Shown piece by piece: positions 50,302-60,842 of a stretch of DNA of 62,943 bases; position 1 is the stretch's first letter, and the number at the start of each line of letters is the position of its first letter. The notes under the pieces are model-generated. The model was given only the letters and a program-made list of their open reading frames with translations, had not been told where the DNA came from and ran no database searches. Position numbers and translations under genes: made by a program. Location: the sequence record DRR723986_8408; one strand, given 5' to 3'.

Positions 50302-51938
50302 GGGCGCGAAGTAAACGTGAATACGAATTCCTTCGCCGCCTTCGTTACAAACACCACGTCGCGACACGACACTCGAAACTCCGAACTCTCGCAGTGCGTG
50401 GACGCAGACACCCAATGTCTCTTTGGAGCCGCTGGAGAATTGCCCGAAGGGATGAACCTGCCCCTATATTGCTGCGTTTAGCAGCCGCACACTCTGACAC
50501 AATTGGGCGTGTTGCCTTCGCGGCCGTTTTCCTAAGCACGGGGTTCTCCATAGCAATGCCTGCAGCCGAGCGGGCAGCCCACTACGGCTTGGAGGCACCG
50601 CTCGTCGGTGGGCTGGGCTTTGGGCTGGCTAGCGTCATGCTTGGGATCGCGGGCGTCCTCATTCTGGACGCGGACTATTTGGCCAGCGCGCGGCGAATCA
50701 GGTCCGCTGCGGATCACGTGAGGCGTCGGAGAAGTGCATCTCGGCTTGCTACCTCTTTAGCGACTGTCCTTATTTTCATCCCGACCGTTTATGCCAGTGT
50801 CCGGTGGCAAAACTGGAGTTTCCTGTTGTTCGGATCGGCACTAGCTATTCCTGGCGCATATTCTTGGTTCCAGTGGCGGTTCTTACGTCTACCAAAACGC
50901 ATGGTGAAACCAGGGGACGTTGACTCGATTTTCCTAGTCTGGTTTATTGTATTCTTGTTCGCGTTGATCATTGTCTCGCTGTTGCTGAGCCCTGACAATA
51001 TTGTGGTAACGCTGCTGCCGTGGACAAAGTCAAGTGGCGAAAAAGCAAGTTTGAGGACAGGCTGGTCAATTGCAGTAGTCACCCTGTTTGTGACCGCCGC
51101 GCCCGCGTTCATCTTTCTTCGTGATCAGCTTAGCGGTGCAACACTTCGCAAATGCCTGATTGCGATTCGCAACGCCAATGACGCCGCACTGCCGAACGCA
51201 AAAACAGCCCCCAGCGCGTCGACCGTTGGTGAACGGGAGGCCAAGGAAGCTTTTCGGTTCGAAATGGATCGAATCCGACCGTCGATCCAGTACCACTACG
51301 GCGACCTTTTCCAGTTTCGCCCTTGGCTATTGTTCCTGGGATCCGCCGTAGCAGTTCTCTCCACCGGTATCGCCGCTTGGATTGCGCACGTTTTGCCAGG
51401 TAGTCAGAGTGATGTTGCGATTGTTAGTGGGTTGGGCCTCGGCATGCTAACCGCCTGGCACGAAGGGCCGCTACTCTTCGACGTGATTCAGCGAGCTCGA
51501 GTGCATCACTTTACGACGCCGCAATTGGTGTATGCCTTCCAGCGATGCGGCCTTACTTCCCTGATTTGGCAGATTCCCACAATCCTTGGTTGCGTGTTGG
51601 CTGGCGTTGTCGCGACAGGAGGTAAAGATCTTCAGCACACTATCAGAGTAGCTGCTTGTGCTGTGGCATCGCTCGTGCTCTTCGCGTGCTTTCGCACGAT
51701 GATCGCTAGTGCGATGCGATGTTTTAGTTTACTCAGCCCGCCGGCGACGCTGGCGGGCAACGCGTTGATCCACCTGGGCGGCCCGCTACTGGCCTATAGC
51801 CCGTTTTTTCTTATCGTGTTCTTGATCCACGGTCCTTTCGGGGAACTTGGCAACCTGTTCGCTGTGGTTTCGTTAACGGCCGCACTACTGGCGGTTAGTA
51901 CGATAATATTCCATCGCACGAACCGGCCAATTCTCTGA
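50298..51938 (+). CDS. polytopic membrane protein, putative ABC permease
   Basis: About 12 hydrophobic segments in two halves. ATGA overlap with the ABC ATPase; true start uncertain. Confidence 0.7.
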   Translation: MRARSKREYEFLRRLRYKHHVATRHSKLRTLAVRGRRHPMSLWSRWRIARRDEPAPILLRLAAAHSDTIGRVAFAAVFLSTGFSIAMPAAERAAHYGLEAPLVGGLGFGLASVMLGIAGVLILDADYLASARRIRSAADHVRRRRSASRLATSLATVLIFIPTVYASVRWQNWSFLLFGSALAIPGAYSWFQWRFLRLPKRMVKPGDVDSIFLVWFIVFLFALIIVSLLLSPDNIVVTLLPWTKSSGEKASLRTGWSIAVVTLFVTAAPAFIFLRDQLSGATLRKCLIAIRNANDAALPNAKTAPSASTVGEREAKEAFRFEMDRIRPSIQYHYGDLFQFRPWLLFLGSAVAVLSTGIAAWIAHVLPGSQSDVAIVSGLGLGMLTAWHEGPLLFDVIQRARVHHFTTPQLVYAFQRCGLTSLIWQIPTILGCVLAGVVATGGKDLQHTIRVAACAVASLVLFACFRTMIASAMRCFSLLSPPATLAGNALIHLGGPLLAYSPFFLIVFLIHGPFGELGNLFAVVSLTAALLAVSTIIFHRTNRPIL

Positions 51939-51986
51939 TGCAGTCGTCTACACGCAGAGCCCCTGCAAGTTGCAGTGCAACAGAGG

Positions 51987-53576
51987 CTAAGCAACGTCGT
52001 CGGTCGACCACGCTCCGTCGATCAATCGGAATGTTTCTCCGGTTGGATTCTTGTCAGCCAGTGACGCTGGCAGGCGATCGGAACGAATCGCATCGTAGCA
52101 AGTCAGCTTGCCGAACCTGAGCAGGCTTCCTGGAATGCCGACGGCAGTAAAACCAGGGTGCCCAGTAGCAGGGAACGGTCCGCCGTGGTTCATTGCTGAA
52201 CTAACAGCTACGCCGGTGGGCATCTTGTCGTTCAGCAGTCGACCAACTTTGCGGGCCAGCTTACTTGCTAGCGCTGGGTAGGCACCATCGTCTTTACCGC
52301 TCGTATCTGAGTAAACGCACCCGGTCAAGTTGCCTTCAAGTGAATCGATGACTTGCCCAAGTTGCTCGGTGTTGTCGGCCAATACGACGAGTGTTGCATT
52401 CCCGAATGCTTCGGTTTGGAATGCTTCGGGATCTGCAATAAACTGCGACGCGATCGCCGTCAGCAGCGTATTGGCAAAACAAGTCTTTCCGTCGACTGGC
52501 TGCCCACCACAACGAAGGGTTGCCCCGGACGACGTGAGCGTCTCAACGGACTTCGTCAGCGACGATTTCACGGACTGACTAAGCAAAACGCCTGGGGCTG
52601 CATCTTTGAAACGAGCTTCGATGCCGTCCACGAACGTGTTTGCTGCGTCGCTGGCAACCATCAAGACCAAACCGGGGTTGGTGCAAAACTGCCCTGTACC
52701 CATCAAGACGCTAGTCACGAAGTCGTCCAGGATTGCGTCTTGCCGTTCTGCGAGCGCTCCTTCCAGAATAACAACGGGATTCACGCTCGAGAGCTCAAGG
52801 TAGATTGGCTTGCCAACGGCATCCGCGGCCGACTTCAGCTTGAGTCCCGCACCGCGGCTACCGGTGTAACCAACCGCTCCAAGTCGAGGGTCGGCCACAA
52901 GCTTTGCACCGCCGTCGTGGCTGGTGCGGTAGATGAGCTGTACCGTTGCGGGATGCAGCCCCACCTGCTCAGCCGCCTTGGCTGCCAATTCAGCAAGGGC
53001 CTTAGTCGTCCCTGGGTGCGACGTGTTGGCTTTCCCAATAACGGGGTTTCCAGCAGCGATGGCCGCAGCGAAATCACCGCCAGCGACGCTGTTAAATGCG
53101 AATGGAAAATTGTTTGGGCCGAAGACGCAGACCGGACCAATTGGCTCGTAAACCGAACGGATGTTTGCCTTGGTATCAATCGTTGGCATCGCCCAAGATC
53201 CCGTCAGGGCAGCCGCAGCAGCTTGACGCAATTGTCCGCTGGTACGAGGAATTTCGACAGCGGCCAAACGCGGTTTAACGGGCAGGCCGGTTTCGGCGTG
53301 TGCGATTGCCGCTAAGTCGCCCGCATTGGCATCGATTAAATCCGCGTAGGCGTTTAGGAATGCCGCTACGTCGGATGCAGGTCGGCCCCGCAGGTCTTCC
53401 GCGGCCTCAGCAGCAGCATCAAGAGCCTGGTCGACGTCGGACCATGAACTAACTGGGAAGTGCTCGGGGAGCGTCTCGCACTGCGTCGGGTCGTAGGCCT
53501 GAAAAGTGGATTCTGATTTGGCGTCCACCCACTTTCCGGCGAGTAGAACGGGCTGGGACTTGGTTGCTGTCGACAT
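51987..53576 (-). CDS. aldehyde dehydrogenase (NADP+), alpha-ketoglutaric semialdehyde dehydrogenase-like
   Basis: FGPNNFPFAF, GGDFAAAIAAGNP, YTGS, ELSSVNP, GQFCTNPG, MNHGGPFPAT. Confidence 0.93.
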   Translation of the reverse strand: MSTATKSQPVLLAGKWVDAKSESTFQAYDPTQCETLPEHFPVSSWSDVDQALDAAAEAAEDLRGRPASDVAAFLNAYADLIDANAGDLAAIAHAETGLPVKPRLAAVEIPRTSGQLRQAAAAALTGSWAMPTIDTKANIRSVYEPIGPVCVFGPNNFPFAFNSVAGGDFAAAIAAGNPVIGKANTSHPGTTKALAELAAKAAEQVGLHPATVQLIYRTSHDGGAKLVADPRLGAVGYTGSRGAGLKLKSAADAVGKPIYLELSSVNPVVILEGALAERQDAILDDFVTSVLMGTGQFCTNPGLVLMVASDAANTFVDGIEARFKDAAPGVLLSQSVKSSLTKSVETLTSSGATLRCGGQPVDGKTCFANTLLTAIASQFIADPEAFQTEAFGNATLVVLADNTEQLGQVIDSLEGNLTGCVYSDTSGKDDGAYPALASKLARKVGRLLNDKMPTGVAVSSAMNHGGPFPATGHPGFTAVGIPGSLLRFGKLTCYDAIRSDRLPASLADKNPTGETFRLIDGAWSTDDVA

Positions 53577-53657
53577 GGGATATGCTCTCTTCAGAGTTTG
53601 CAGGTAATCTATGTTGGATTCAGGTCGATTCGGTTCAGAATCGGTCAGTCAAAAACA

Positions 53658-54806
53658 TTAGTTGACGTCTAGCATGCGTTTGAGTGCCACGAGCGAATAC
53701 TCAGCGGTCTCGTCATCGACGCGGATTTGATTGACGATATCTCCCGCAAGCAAGTTTTCGATCGTCCATGCCAAGTGAGCGAGATCGATGCGATACATCG
53801 TGGCGCACATGCAGACCACCGGTGACAGGAAGTGAATCTCCTGCTCAGGATGTTCCTTCTTGATGCGGTTCACCAAGTGCAATTCGGTGCCAATTGCCCA
53901 TTTCGTTCCCGCCTCAGCCTGCTCCACCGTTGTGAGGATTTTACTGGTGGAGCCGGAGATGTCGGCCAAGTCGTTGACTTCCTGTGGGCATTCTGGGTGG
54001 ACCAGAATTTTGATATCCGGGTGCTGCTGGCGAAACTTGTGCACGTGCTCGGGGCGGAACATTTGGTGAACGCTGCAATGCCCCTTCCAAAGCACCACTT
54101 TGCTTGCCTGGATGGCCTCTTCGGTGTTCCCTCCCAGTTCATCTTCGAATGGATCAAACACCGGCATTTGATCGTTGGTGATGCCCATCTTCAGCGCAGT
54201 GTTTCGCCCCAGATGTTGATCCGGGAAAAAGAACACTCGCTTGCCACGTTCAAACGCCCACTCAATGACAGCTTGAGCGTTGCTGCTGGTGCACACAATT
54301 CCACCATGCTTGCCACAGAACGCTTTCAAGCTAGCGGCCGAATTGATGTAAGTAACCGGGATCAACTCCTCGGTATTGATCACTTCGCCAAGCTGCTCCC
54401 AAGCATCTTCAACTTGCTGGATCGCGGCCATGTCCGCCATGCTACATCCGGCGGCCATGTCAGGCAGAATTACGTCGACGCGTTGGCCATCTCGGGCAGC
54501 GAGTTTCTCTTGGCGGTTGGCGAGGATGTCAGCCGTTTCCGCCATGAAGTGCACGCCGCAGAAAATAATTGTCCGACAAGTGCTACTGTTGGCCGCTAGC
54601 TGGCTCAATTGATAGCTATCGCCACGCAAATCCGCGTGTTCGATCACTTCATCTTGCTGATAGTGGTGCCCAAGAATCAGCAGTTGATCGCCCAACTGCT
54701 TGCGGCCAGCCGAAATGCGCTCGCAGAGCTCTTCATTGCTGAGCGGTTTGTAGTCGCTTAAGGGCAATTTGCCCGGGGAAGACGGCAGGATTGGGGCGAC
54801 ACTCAT
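53658..54806 (-). CDS. nadA: quinolinate synthase
   Basis: LGHHYQ, FCGVHFMAETA, AGCSMADMA, YINS, CTSSNA, GHCSVH, HPEC, CMCATM. Confidence 0.97.
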   Translation of the reverse strand: MSVAPILPSSPGKLPLSDYKPLSNEELCERISAGRKQLGDQLLILGHHYQQDEVIEHADLRGDSYQLSQLAANSSTCRTIIFCGVHFMAETADILANRQEKLAARDGQRVDVILPDMAAGCSMADMAAIQQVEDAWEQLGEVINTEELIPVTYINSAASLKAFCGKHGGIVCTSSNAQAVIEWAFERGKRVFFFPDQHLGRNTALKMGITNDQMPVFDPFEDELGGNTEEAIQASKVVLWKGHCSVHQMFRPEHVHKFRQQHPDIKILVHPECPQEVNDLADISGSTSKILTTVEQAEAGTKWAIGTELHLVNRIKKEHPEQEIHFLSPVVCMCATMYRIDLAHLAWTIENLLAGDIVNQIRVDDETAEYSLVALKRMLDVN

Positions 54807-55071
54807 CGAGAATCCACCTAAAGGAATATTTGTTGTCTGGGTAACGACTCAGGTAACGCCTCAATTGTCGCCTGCGCGGCCAGCTAAGACTAGCCCCATA
54901 CGAAACTGGCCAACAAAGGCCACGATGAGCGTCAACGGCCAGCCAGCGGTGGGCGGCCAGCAATGAAAATCAAGTAACGGGTGCCTAGATGACGATGATT
55001 ACCTAATGTGAAATCAACCGTTCCTGCGTCGGATCGGTCAACCACAACTGTTCCCAAAGGCTATTCACCCG

Positions 55072-55386
55072 ATGGCGGAATCCATCCCAGCAAGTGGTTC
55101 GAAGGCATTTTGCCAAAGCGCGCTGCGGATCAAAGTGCCGTTGGTGGTCTCTCTTGCGCGGAAAAAGATGAGTATTGAACAGGTGACCAGCATGGTGCCT
55201 GGGATGATCATCCAATTCGAAAAGCCGTGTAATAGCCCCATGACCGTCGAAGTCGAGGATCAGCCAATCGCCGAAGGTGACATCGTCAAGATTGGCGATA
55301 AGTTTGGTGTCCGCATTAAAGACATCTTGGCTGCCGCCGAACGCTTCGTCCCTGTCGACGGCAAGCCAGCCGACTCCGACGGTTAG
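55072..55386 (+). CDS. FliM/FliN C-terminal (SpoA) domain protein
   Basis: VPLVVSLA, PGMIIQF, PIAEGDIVKIGDKFGVRI. Confidence 0.85.
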   Translation: MAESIPASGSKAFCQSALRIKVPLVVSLARKKMSIEQVTSMVPGMIIQFEKPCNSPMTVEVEDQPIAEGDIVKIGDKFGVRIKDILAAAERFVPVDGKPADSDG

Positions 55387-55506
55387 ACGTTAGAACTCTT
55401 CCGCGGCAGATTCAGAGATTTAAAGGGCCTGCGGCACCTGCACTCTGCGGGCCAGCTAAGTGGAAGCGAATTCCCTTCGCGAACAACGGTATTCGTCGCA
55501 ATCTAA

Positions 55507-57096
55507 CTAAGCCGGGTGAGCGGTCGGATCGCCCGACTGAACGACGAACGACTTGCGGACGAATGTGTTGCCGCCGGGATTGAGGACATCGTCAACGACC
55601 ATGTAGTCCGACTTCCACGACTCCGGCGTAACCGTGCACCTAACATAACCACGCTCGGCGTTGTGGAATTTGACGCAAGGGTTGGCGGACAACAACGCAT
55701 CAAGGCCTCGGGGGCTGTCCGTACCGTTTCCGCCGCTGGAAATCGATGTTGTGACAAATTCAGTGGCGATTGCCGCACCCTCGGGCTCGGTATCATTGAC
55801 TCTCAATTCATTAACCCAGTTGGAATGGATGTCACCGGTCAAGACAACTGGATTGCGAATTTTCCGTTCCTGCATGAATCGAATAAGTTGCATGCGCTCG
55901 GCCGCATAGCCCGGCCACTGGTCCATCGAGTACTGAGGGGCTTCGATGTCGCCGCTGCGATTGACCATTCCCATCATGACCTGCTGGGCAAGTACATTCC
56001 ACGTCGCACGGGAAGTGATCATGCCCTGATACAACCAATTGCGTTGCTCGCGGCCGAGCAGCGTTTGCGACGACGCCATGGCAGACTGGTTGATCGGAGA
56101 TTTACGATCTCCGTTCGGCTGGTCGGTTCGATACTGCCGCGTATCCAGGACAATCAGTTCGGCTAGCTGGCCAAACGAGGCCTTCCGGTACAACTGCATG
56201 TCACATCCGCTCGGCAAGCTCGAGCGACGCAGCGGCATCATTTCATAGTACGCCTGATACGCGTTGGCGCGCCGAATGAGGAACTCAACCGGATCAATCC
56301 CACTCTCCTCGGAAATGTCGTCAGCGCAATTGTTGTCAAATTCGTGGTCGTCCCAAGTCACAAACCACGGGCAATGGGCATGGGCCGCTTGCAGCAGTTT
56401 GTCACTGCGGTACTGTGCGTGCCGAATGCGATAGTCGTCCAGCGAGGTGATTTCGGCACCTTGATGCGTGCGGACTTTTCCGTTGCGTCCCGACGCGTAT
56501 TCGTAAATATAGTCGCCGAGATGAAAGACGAGATCGATGTCGTCACGGGCGACTTGTTCATAGGCCGTAAAGTAGCCTTGTTCGAAATTCTGGCAGCTCG
56601 CAAAAGCAAAACGAAACTCCTTCGGCATCACCGATGCATCGGGAAGCGTTCGAGTACGGCCAATGGGGCTAGTCGCATCACCAGCTCGGAATCGATACCA
56701 ATACCATCGGTCAGGCAACAGGCCGTCGACCTCGACATGCACAGAATGCCCGAGTTGCACTGTCGCGCTCGTCATACCACTGGCGACAATGTTTTGCATC
56801 GAATCGTCCGTAGCCACTTCCCAACTGACGGCGACGTCGCTGTCTCCCATGCCGCCGCCCGGCTGAAGCGGCTGTGGGGCAAGGCGTGTCCAGAGAACTA
56901 CGCCTGAGGCATCTGGATCCCCAGACGCAACACCAAGTGTAAACGGATCAGACGCAAATCTGGGCCTTGCAACTGCGTGAGCAGACCGACCAAGAAGCGG
57001 CACCGAGCCAAGCAGACTCGCATAGGCCAATAGTCCTCGACGGCTGATTTGATTTCCAGAACGGTATTCTTTGAGCAAGCATTCAATCGGTAGCAT
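55507..57096 (-). CDS. phoD: alkaline phosphatase D family protein (Tat)
   Basis: SRRGLL, FTLGVASGDP, FASCQ, HLGDYIYE, WDDHE, LDTRQYR, TGDIH (ORF-track start 57210). Confidence 0.93.
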   Translation of the reverse strand: MLPIECLLKEYRSGNQISRRGLLAYASLLGSVPLLGRSAHAVARPRFASDPFTLGVASGDPDASGVVLWTRLAPQPLQPGGGMGDSDVAVSWEVATDDSMQNIVASGMTSATVQLGHSVHVEVDGLLPDRWYWYRFRAGDATSPIGRTRTLPDASVMPKEFRFAFASCQNFEQGYFTAYEQVARDDIDLVFHLGDYIYEYASGRNGKVRTHQGAEITSLDDYRIRHAQYRSDKLLQAAHAHCPWFVTWDDHEFDNNCADDISEESGIDPVEFLIRRANAYQAYYEMMPLRRSSLPSGCDMQLYRKASFGQLAELIVLDTRQYRTDQPNGDRKSPINQSAMASSQTLLGREQRNWLYQGMITSRATWNVLAQQVMMGMVNRSGDIEAPQYSMDQWPGYAAERMQLIRFMQERKIRNPVVLTGDIHSNWVNELRVNDTEPEGAAIATEFVTTSISSGGNGTDSPRGLDALLSANPCVKFHNAERGYVRCTVTPESWKSDYMVVDDVLNPGGNTFVRKSFVVQSGDPTAHPA

Positions 57097-57332
57097 CGCC
57101 TGAGCCTTTGGTTTCTGGAGGGCATCAATTACAGGGGAGGTTGCCGGAAATCCGGTTGGAGGGATGGCTCTCATTTTAACATGCCAAACCATGTGCCACT
57201 TGCCGGCCAATATTATGTGTTGATGAATCTTCTATCGAATGAGGCTAGAGATCCCGTGAAACCAAGCGACTGGAATCGTAAGAGCTTGGTTGGCTGACCA
57301 ACCTTCGTGGGTGCTTGCCTGAAGTCTGGCGA

Positions 57333-60300
57333 CTATTCGAAAAGTAGCCTGAGGTCGGACATGGAGAGCTTGCTGATCAAGCTCGAATCGGCACTGACGA
57401 TGGCGTCAGCAAGTTCACGTTTGGAATCCTGCAGCTTGATGATCTTGTCCTCAACCGTATCTTTGGCGATCAGCCGATAAGCAGTGACCGGATTCGCTTG
57501 TCCCATTCGGTGCGCTCGGTCGATCGCTTGGGCTTCAACGGCGGGATTCCACCATGGGTCCAGGATGAACACATAGTTCGCACTGGTGAGATTCAAGCCA
57601 TGTCCGCCCGCTTTCAAGCTAATCAAGAAAACGCGACAGTCGTCATCTTCCTGAAAACGCTTCACACATGCTGCACGATCTTTGGTCTTACCGTCCAAAT
57701 ACTCGTAGGGCAAACGGCTCTTGTCCAGTTCGCTGCGAACCAAGCCAAGAAGCGTAGTGAACTGCGAAAACACCAGAACCTTGTGCCCCTCTTGGTGTAG
57801 TTCGGTGATCTGATCGAGCAGAAGGTCAATCTTCGCGCCGCGAGTCTTTTGGTCGGGGTCAACAAGTCGCGGATCACAGGCAGATTGCCGCAGCCGCAGT
57901 AGCGCTTCCAAGACTTGGATTTTGGAACGCTTGATGCCGTCCTTTTCAATTTTCTTCGTCAGTCGCGCCCGGTAGTGGTCACGCAGTTCATCGTAAAGCT
58001 TGCGCTGCTTGGGCGACATCTCACAAACAAGCGTCTGCTCTGTCTTGTCAGGCAATTCGGTCAAGACCTGCGCCTTGGTTCGCCGCAAGATAAACGGCTT
58101 CAGCGCTCTGCTGAGCGCGGAAAGTCGTCGGCCCTGATCTTCATCACCGGTGAACTGAGCGGCCGTCGTGGCGCCGAGCATGCCGGGATTGAGAAAATCG
58201 AATAGAGACCAAAGATCGCCGAGGTGGTTTTCGACTGGCGTGCCGGTCATTGCCAGCCGATGTTCCCCCTTCAGCAGCCGAGCCGCCTTGGTGACTTGAG
58301 CCGACGGATTCTTGATCGCTTGAGCTTCGTCGAGCACGACGTAGTCGAACTCCATTGTCCGAAGCTTCTGAATGTCCCGACGCATCGTGGCGTACGTCGT
58401 TATCACCAAATCGACATCGGCGATCTCGGCAAGGCGAGCTGCTCGGTCGGTGCCCGTATAGTCGAGAACTTTCATCTTCGGGACAAATCGTGCCGCTTCG
58501 TCAATCCAGTTAAAGATGAGGCTCTTGGGGACGACGGCCAGCGATGGTTTTCGCACTTCGCCGTCAGGCAGACGCCGCACACGTCGTGATTCCAGGTGTG
58601 CGAGGACTTGCACTGTCTTGCCAAGGCCCATATCGTCGGCCAAGCAGCCGCCGAGCTTAAAGTCCTTCAGAAACGACAGCCATCCAAGTGCATCTTTTTG
58701 ATAGTCTCGCAATTCGCCCTTGAAGCTGCGTGGGGCTTTGCGCGGCTTCACGCCGGAGAACGAATTTAGTTTTTTGCACCAGGATGTAAACCGGCGGTCA
58801 AACTTGACTTCCTCCTCTTCCAGCATCATATCCAGCAGCAGAGCCTGGTTGTTCGTGAACCGAATCCGGTCCCCTTCCTCGGTGCCCGCACTGACTAATC
58901 GCTGGTACTTCTCAAGCCATTCTTCGGGCAGAATCCCCTGTGAACCATCGTCTAGTTGAACGTATCGATCGCCCTTGCGGACAGCTTTCAAGAGAGTTGG
59001 GAGTGCAGCAGATTGTTCACCGAACTGCACGTCGGCTTGTAGGTCAAACCAGTCCTCACCAGATTCGACGCGAATATCGAAATTGCCGGGACGCACAATC
59101 TTCGCGCCCTCCGCGACAATGTCCCAGCCCTTTTCCGACAGGCTATGGACCGCCTGCATCAAATCCTTCTTGCGCAAACGCAGGTAACTCGTGTTGTAAT
59201 ATCGGTCGTAATGCTCGTGGATTCTCTCTTGCCCGAGTTGTGCCAGCAACCTTATCTCTTCACTAGGATCTCGCCGAAGAATCCGCTCTTCAGTCGCGTC
59301 CCAAACCGTGGTTCCGGAAGAAGCCCCTGGCACCTCGCTATTGCCGTATAGCCAACTCAGGTTCACTCGCAGATGCATGTCGCTGAGGTTGATTGATTCG
59401 ATACGAAGCATGCCACGCGGCTTGGGAGCGGCTGTATCGATCCCCAACGACTTCTGCAGGTCGACTTCCGGCGGATCCTCCATGCCGAGCAGCTCAAGCA
59501 TGAATTCGGACAAGTCACTTCTGTCTAGCGTGACACGGATCGCCTGCCGCCACGCTCGAGCCCAGAGAATGGACGAGCGATCGAGAATGCCGATTTCATC
59601 TTCGAACAGGACTGCACCTGACTCACAAACGCCTAGCACTTGCTCGACACTCCGCTGCTCTTGCGGCACCGCTTGTGTGGCATCGGGCTCAGTTGCAACC
59701 TCGCGCTGCAGCATTGCGCTCGCTTCAACCTGCTGGTTTCCGATTTCCGACACCTGAATGCTCAACTTCCACGGCGCTGTGCCGGCGAAGCGAATCGGCG
59801 TCATCGTTGACAGGGAATTCTCACCATCGCTCGTCCAGACAAACCGTCCGGTTGAACACAGTGTTGTTAGCGTTTCCACAAGCAAGTTCTTTGACAGCGA
59901 CAACGTATAGCCGGACGCTGAATATCTGCTGGAATAGCCGTTGGATTCCTTTTCAAGGAGTGCCAAAACCTTGCGATCAGATAGGGGCAGGGTTTCTTCG
60001 GTTTCGTACGGATTGTACGCCGTTTTCCGGGGCACACCGAAGGAGCCATCCCTCTTCTTCGGGCTCGCGAACAGGTGGACAATGAACGTGGGGTTTGCCG
60101 CCACCTCCTTTAGACGCAGCGCATACCATCGCTGCAAGGTCGCGTTACGGCCGCTCTCTTGTATTGGTGCAGAGTTGCGAAAAACCGGCCCACGTGCCTT
60201 GGCGATCGTTGCCAAGGAACGCTTCCATTCTGGAGCTTTCGTAGACACGCGATTCGCTGGCGAGCCGTCTTCGATCAACTCTCCAATTTGCAACTCGGCC

Positions 60301-60632
60301 AGATGATCGATAGCTTCGACTTGGACATTCGGCGGAAAATCCATCAATCCGTATAGTCGGCCATCGAGCTCTTTGCCGAATGCCCACAGATGCTTGCAGT
60401 TGTCTCCTTCTGCATAGCGAATGCACTCGCAATACCCGCTTACAATGCCATAATCCAATTCCTCAAAATCGAAGGCAACACGGTAACGGTTGTCACCAGA
60501 GCCCTCGACGATGGCAAGGGCGCCGAGCGTTCCGAGCGCAAGCACCTCGACCTTGCCCGCGTCCGCCAAGGGATTGCCGCGTTTGCGATCCTGCGAGAGG
60601 AATGCTTCACGTATAGAAGCAGAGAGATTCAT
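57333..60632 (-). CDS. SNF2-family helicase with N-terminal SWIM finger
   Basis: CEC..CKH SWIM, LADDMGLGKT, LDEAQ, TGTPVEN, LKAGGHGLNL, DPWWNP, QAIDRAHRMGQ. Confidence 0.95.
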   Translation of the reverse strand: MNLSASIREAFLSQDRKRGNPLADAGKVEVLALGTLGALAIVEGSGDNRYRVAFDFEELDYGIVSGYCECIRYAEGDNCKHLWAFGKELDGRLYGLMDFPPNVQVEAIDHLAELQIGELIEDGSPANRVSTKAPEWKRSLATIAKARGPVFRNSAPIQESGRNATLQRWYALRLKEVAANPTFIVHLFASPKKRDGSFGVPRKTAYNPYETEETLPLSDRKVLALLEKESNGYSSRYSASGYTLSLSKNLLVETLTTLCSTGRFVWTSDGENSLSTMTPIRFAGTAPWKLSIQVSEIGNQQVEASAMLQREVATEPDATQAVPQEQRSVEQVLGVCESGAVLFEDEIGILDRSSILWARAWRQAIRVTLDRSDLSEFMLELLGMEDPPEVDLQKSLGIDTAAPKPRGMLRIESINLSDMHLRVNLSWLYGNSEVPGASSGTTVWDATEERILRRDPSEEIRLLAQLGQERIHEHYDRYYNTSYLRLRKKDLMQAVHSLSEKGWDIVAEGAKIVRPGNFDIRVESGEDWFDLQADVQFGEQSAALPTLLKAVRKGDRYVQLDDGSQGILPEEWLEKYQRLVSAGTEEGDRIRFTNNQALLLDMMLEEEEVKFDRRFTSWCKKLNSFSGVKPRKAPRSFKGELRDYQKDALGWLSFLKDFKLGGCLADDMGLGKTVQVLAHLESRRVRRLPDGEVRKPSLAVVPKSLIFNWIDEAARFVPKMKVLDYTGTDRAARLAEIADVDLVITTYATMRRDIQKLRTMEFDYVVLDEAQAIKNPSAQVTKAARLLKGEHRLAMTGTPVENHLGDLWSLFDFLNPGMLGATTAAQFTGDEDQGRRLSALSRALKPFILRRTKAQVLTELPDKTEQTLVCEMSPKQRKLYDELRDHYRARLTKKIEKDGIKRSKIQVLEALLRLRQSACDPRLVDPDQKTRGAKIDLLLDQITELHQEGHKVLVFSQFTTLLGLVRSELDKSRLPYEYLDGKTKDRAACVKRFQEDDDCRVFLISLKAGGHGLNLTSANYVFILDPWWNPAVEAQAIDRAHRMGQANPVTAYRLIAKDTVEDKIIKLQDSKRELADAIVSADSSLISKLSMSDLRLLFE

Positions 60633-60842
60633 GTCCGTTCCAAAATCAGGCTGCTTTGGAAGTGCAGTCGCACGTCAAACAACATTGTGTATCTAAGAGC
60701 TCGCCTAACGCGCAAAAAGGCTCCGCGTCACGCAGGCTCGGACTAGCAAGGCCTGAGACGTGAAAGCAGCAGCGTGCGCGTCAGCCCTCACAACACAGAC
60801 TACAAGTTGTTCACCGACTCAGCCTTTACCCACTGAATAGGC

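Noticed and set aside
52353-53315. Long antisense ORFs (also 14549..15484, 7443..8240, 53832..54599, 31816..32499)
   Set aside because: They lie opposite well-supported genes, show no motifs, and are expected from codon bias in GC-rich DNA.
54807-55071. NAD+ riboswitch upstream of nadA
   Set aside because: Only short ACAAC/TAGGT fragments are present. I could not build the conserved stems; it would need an Rfam search.
57333-60632. SWIM-SNF2 helicase as part of a defence system or partner of the 9955 SWIM gene
   Set aside because: It is a common stand-alone bacterial architecture, lies 45 kb away, and has no methylase or nuclease neighbours.
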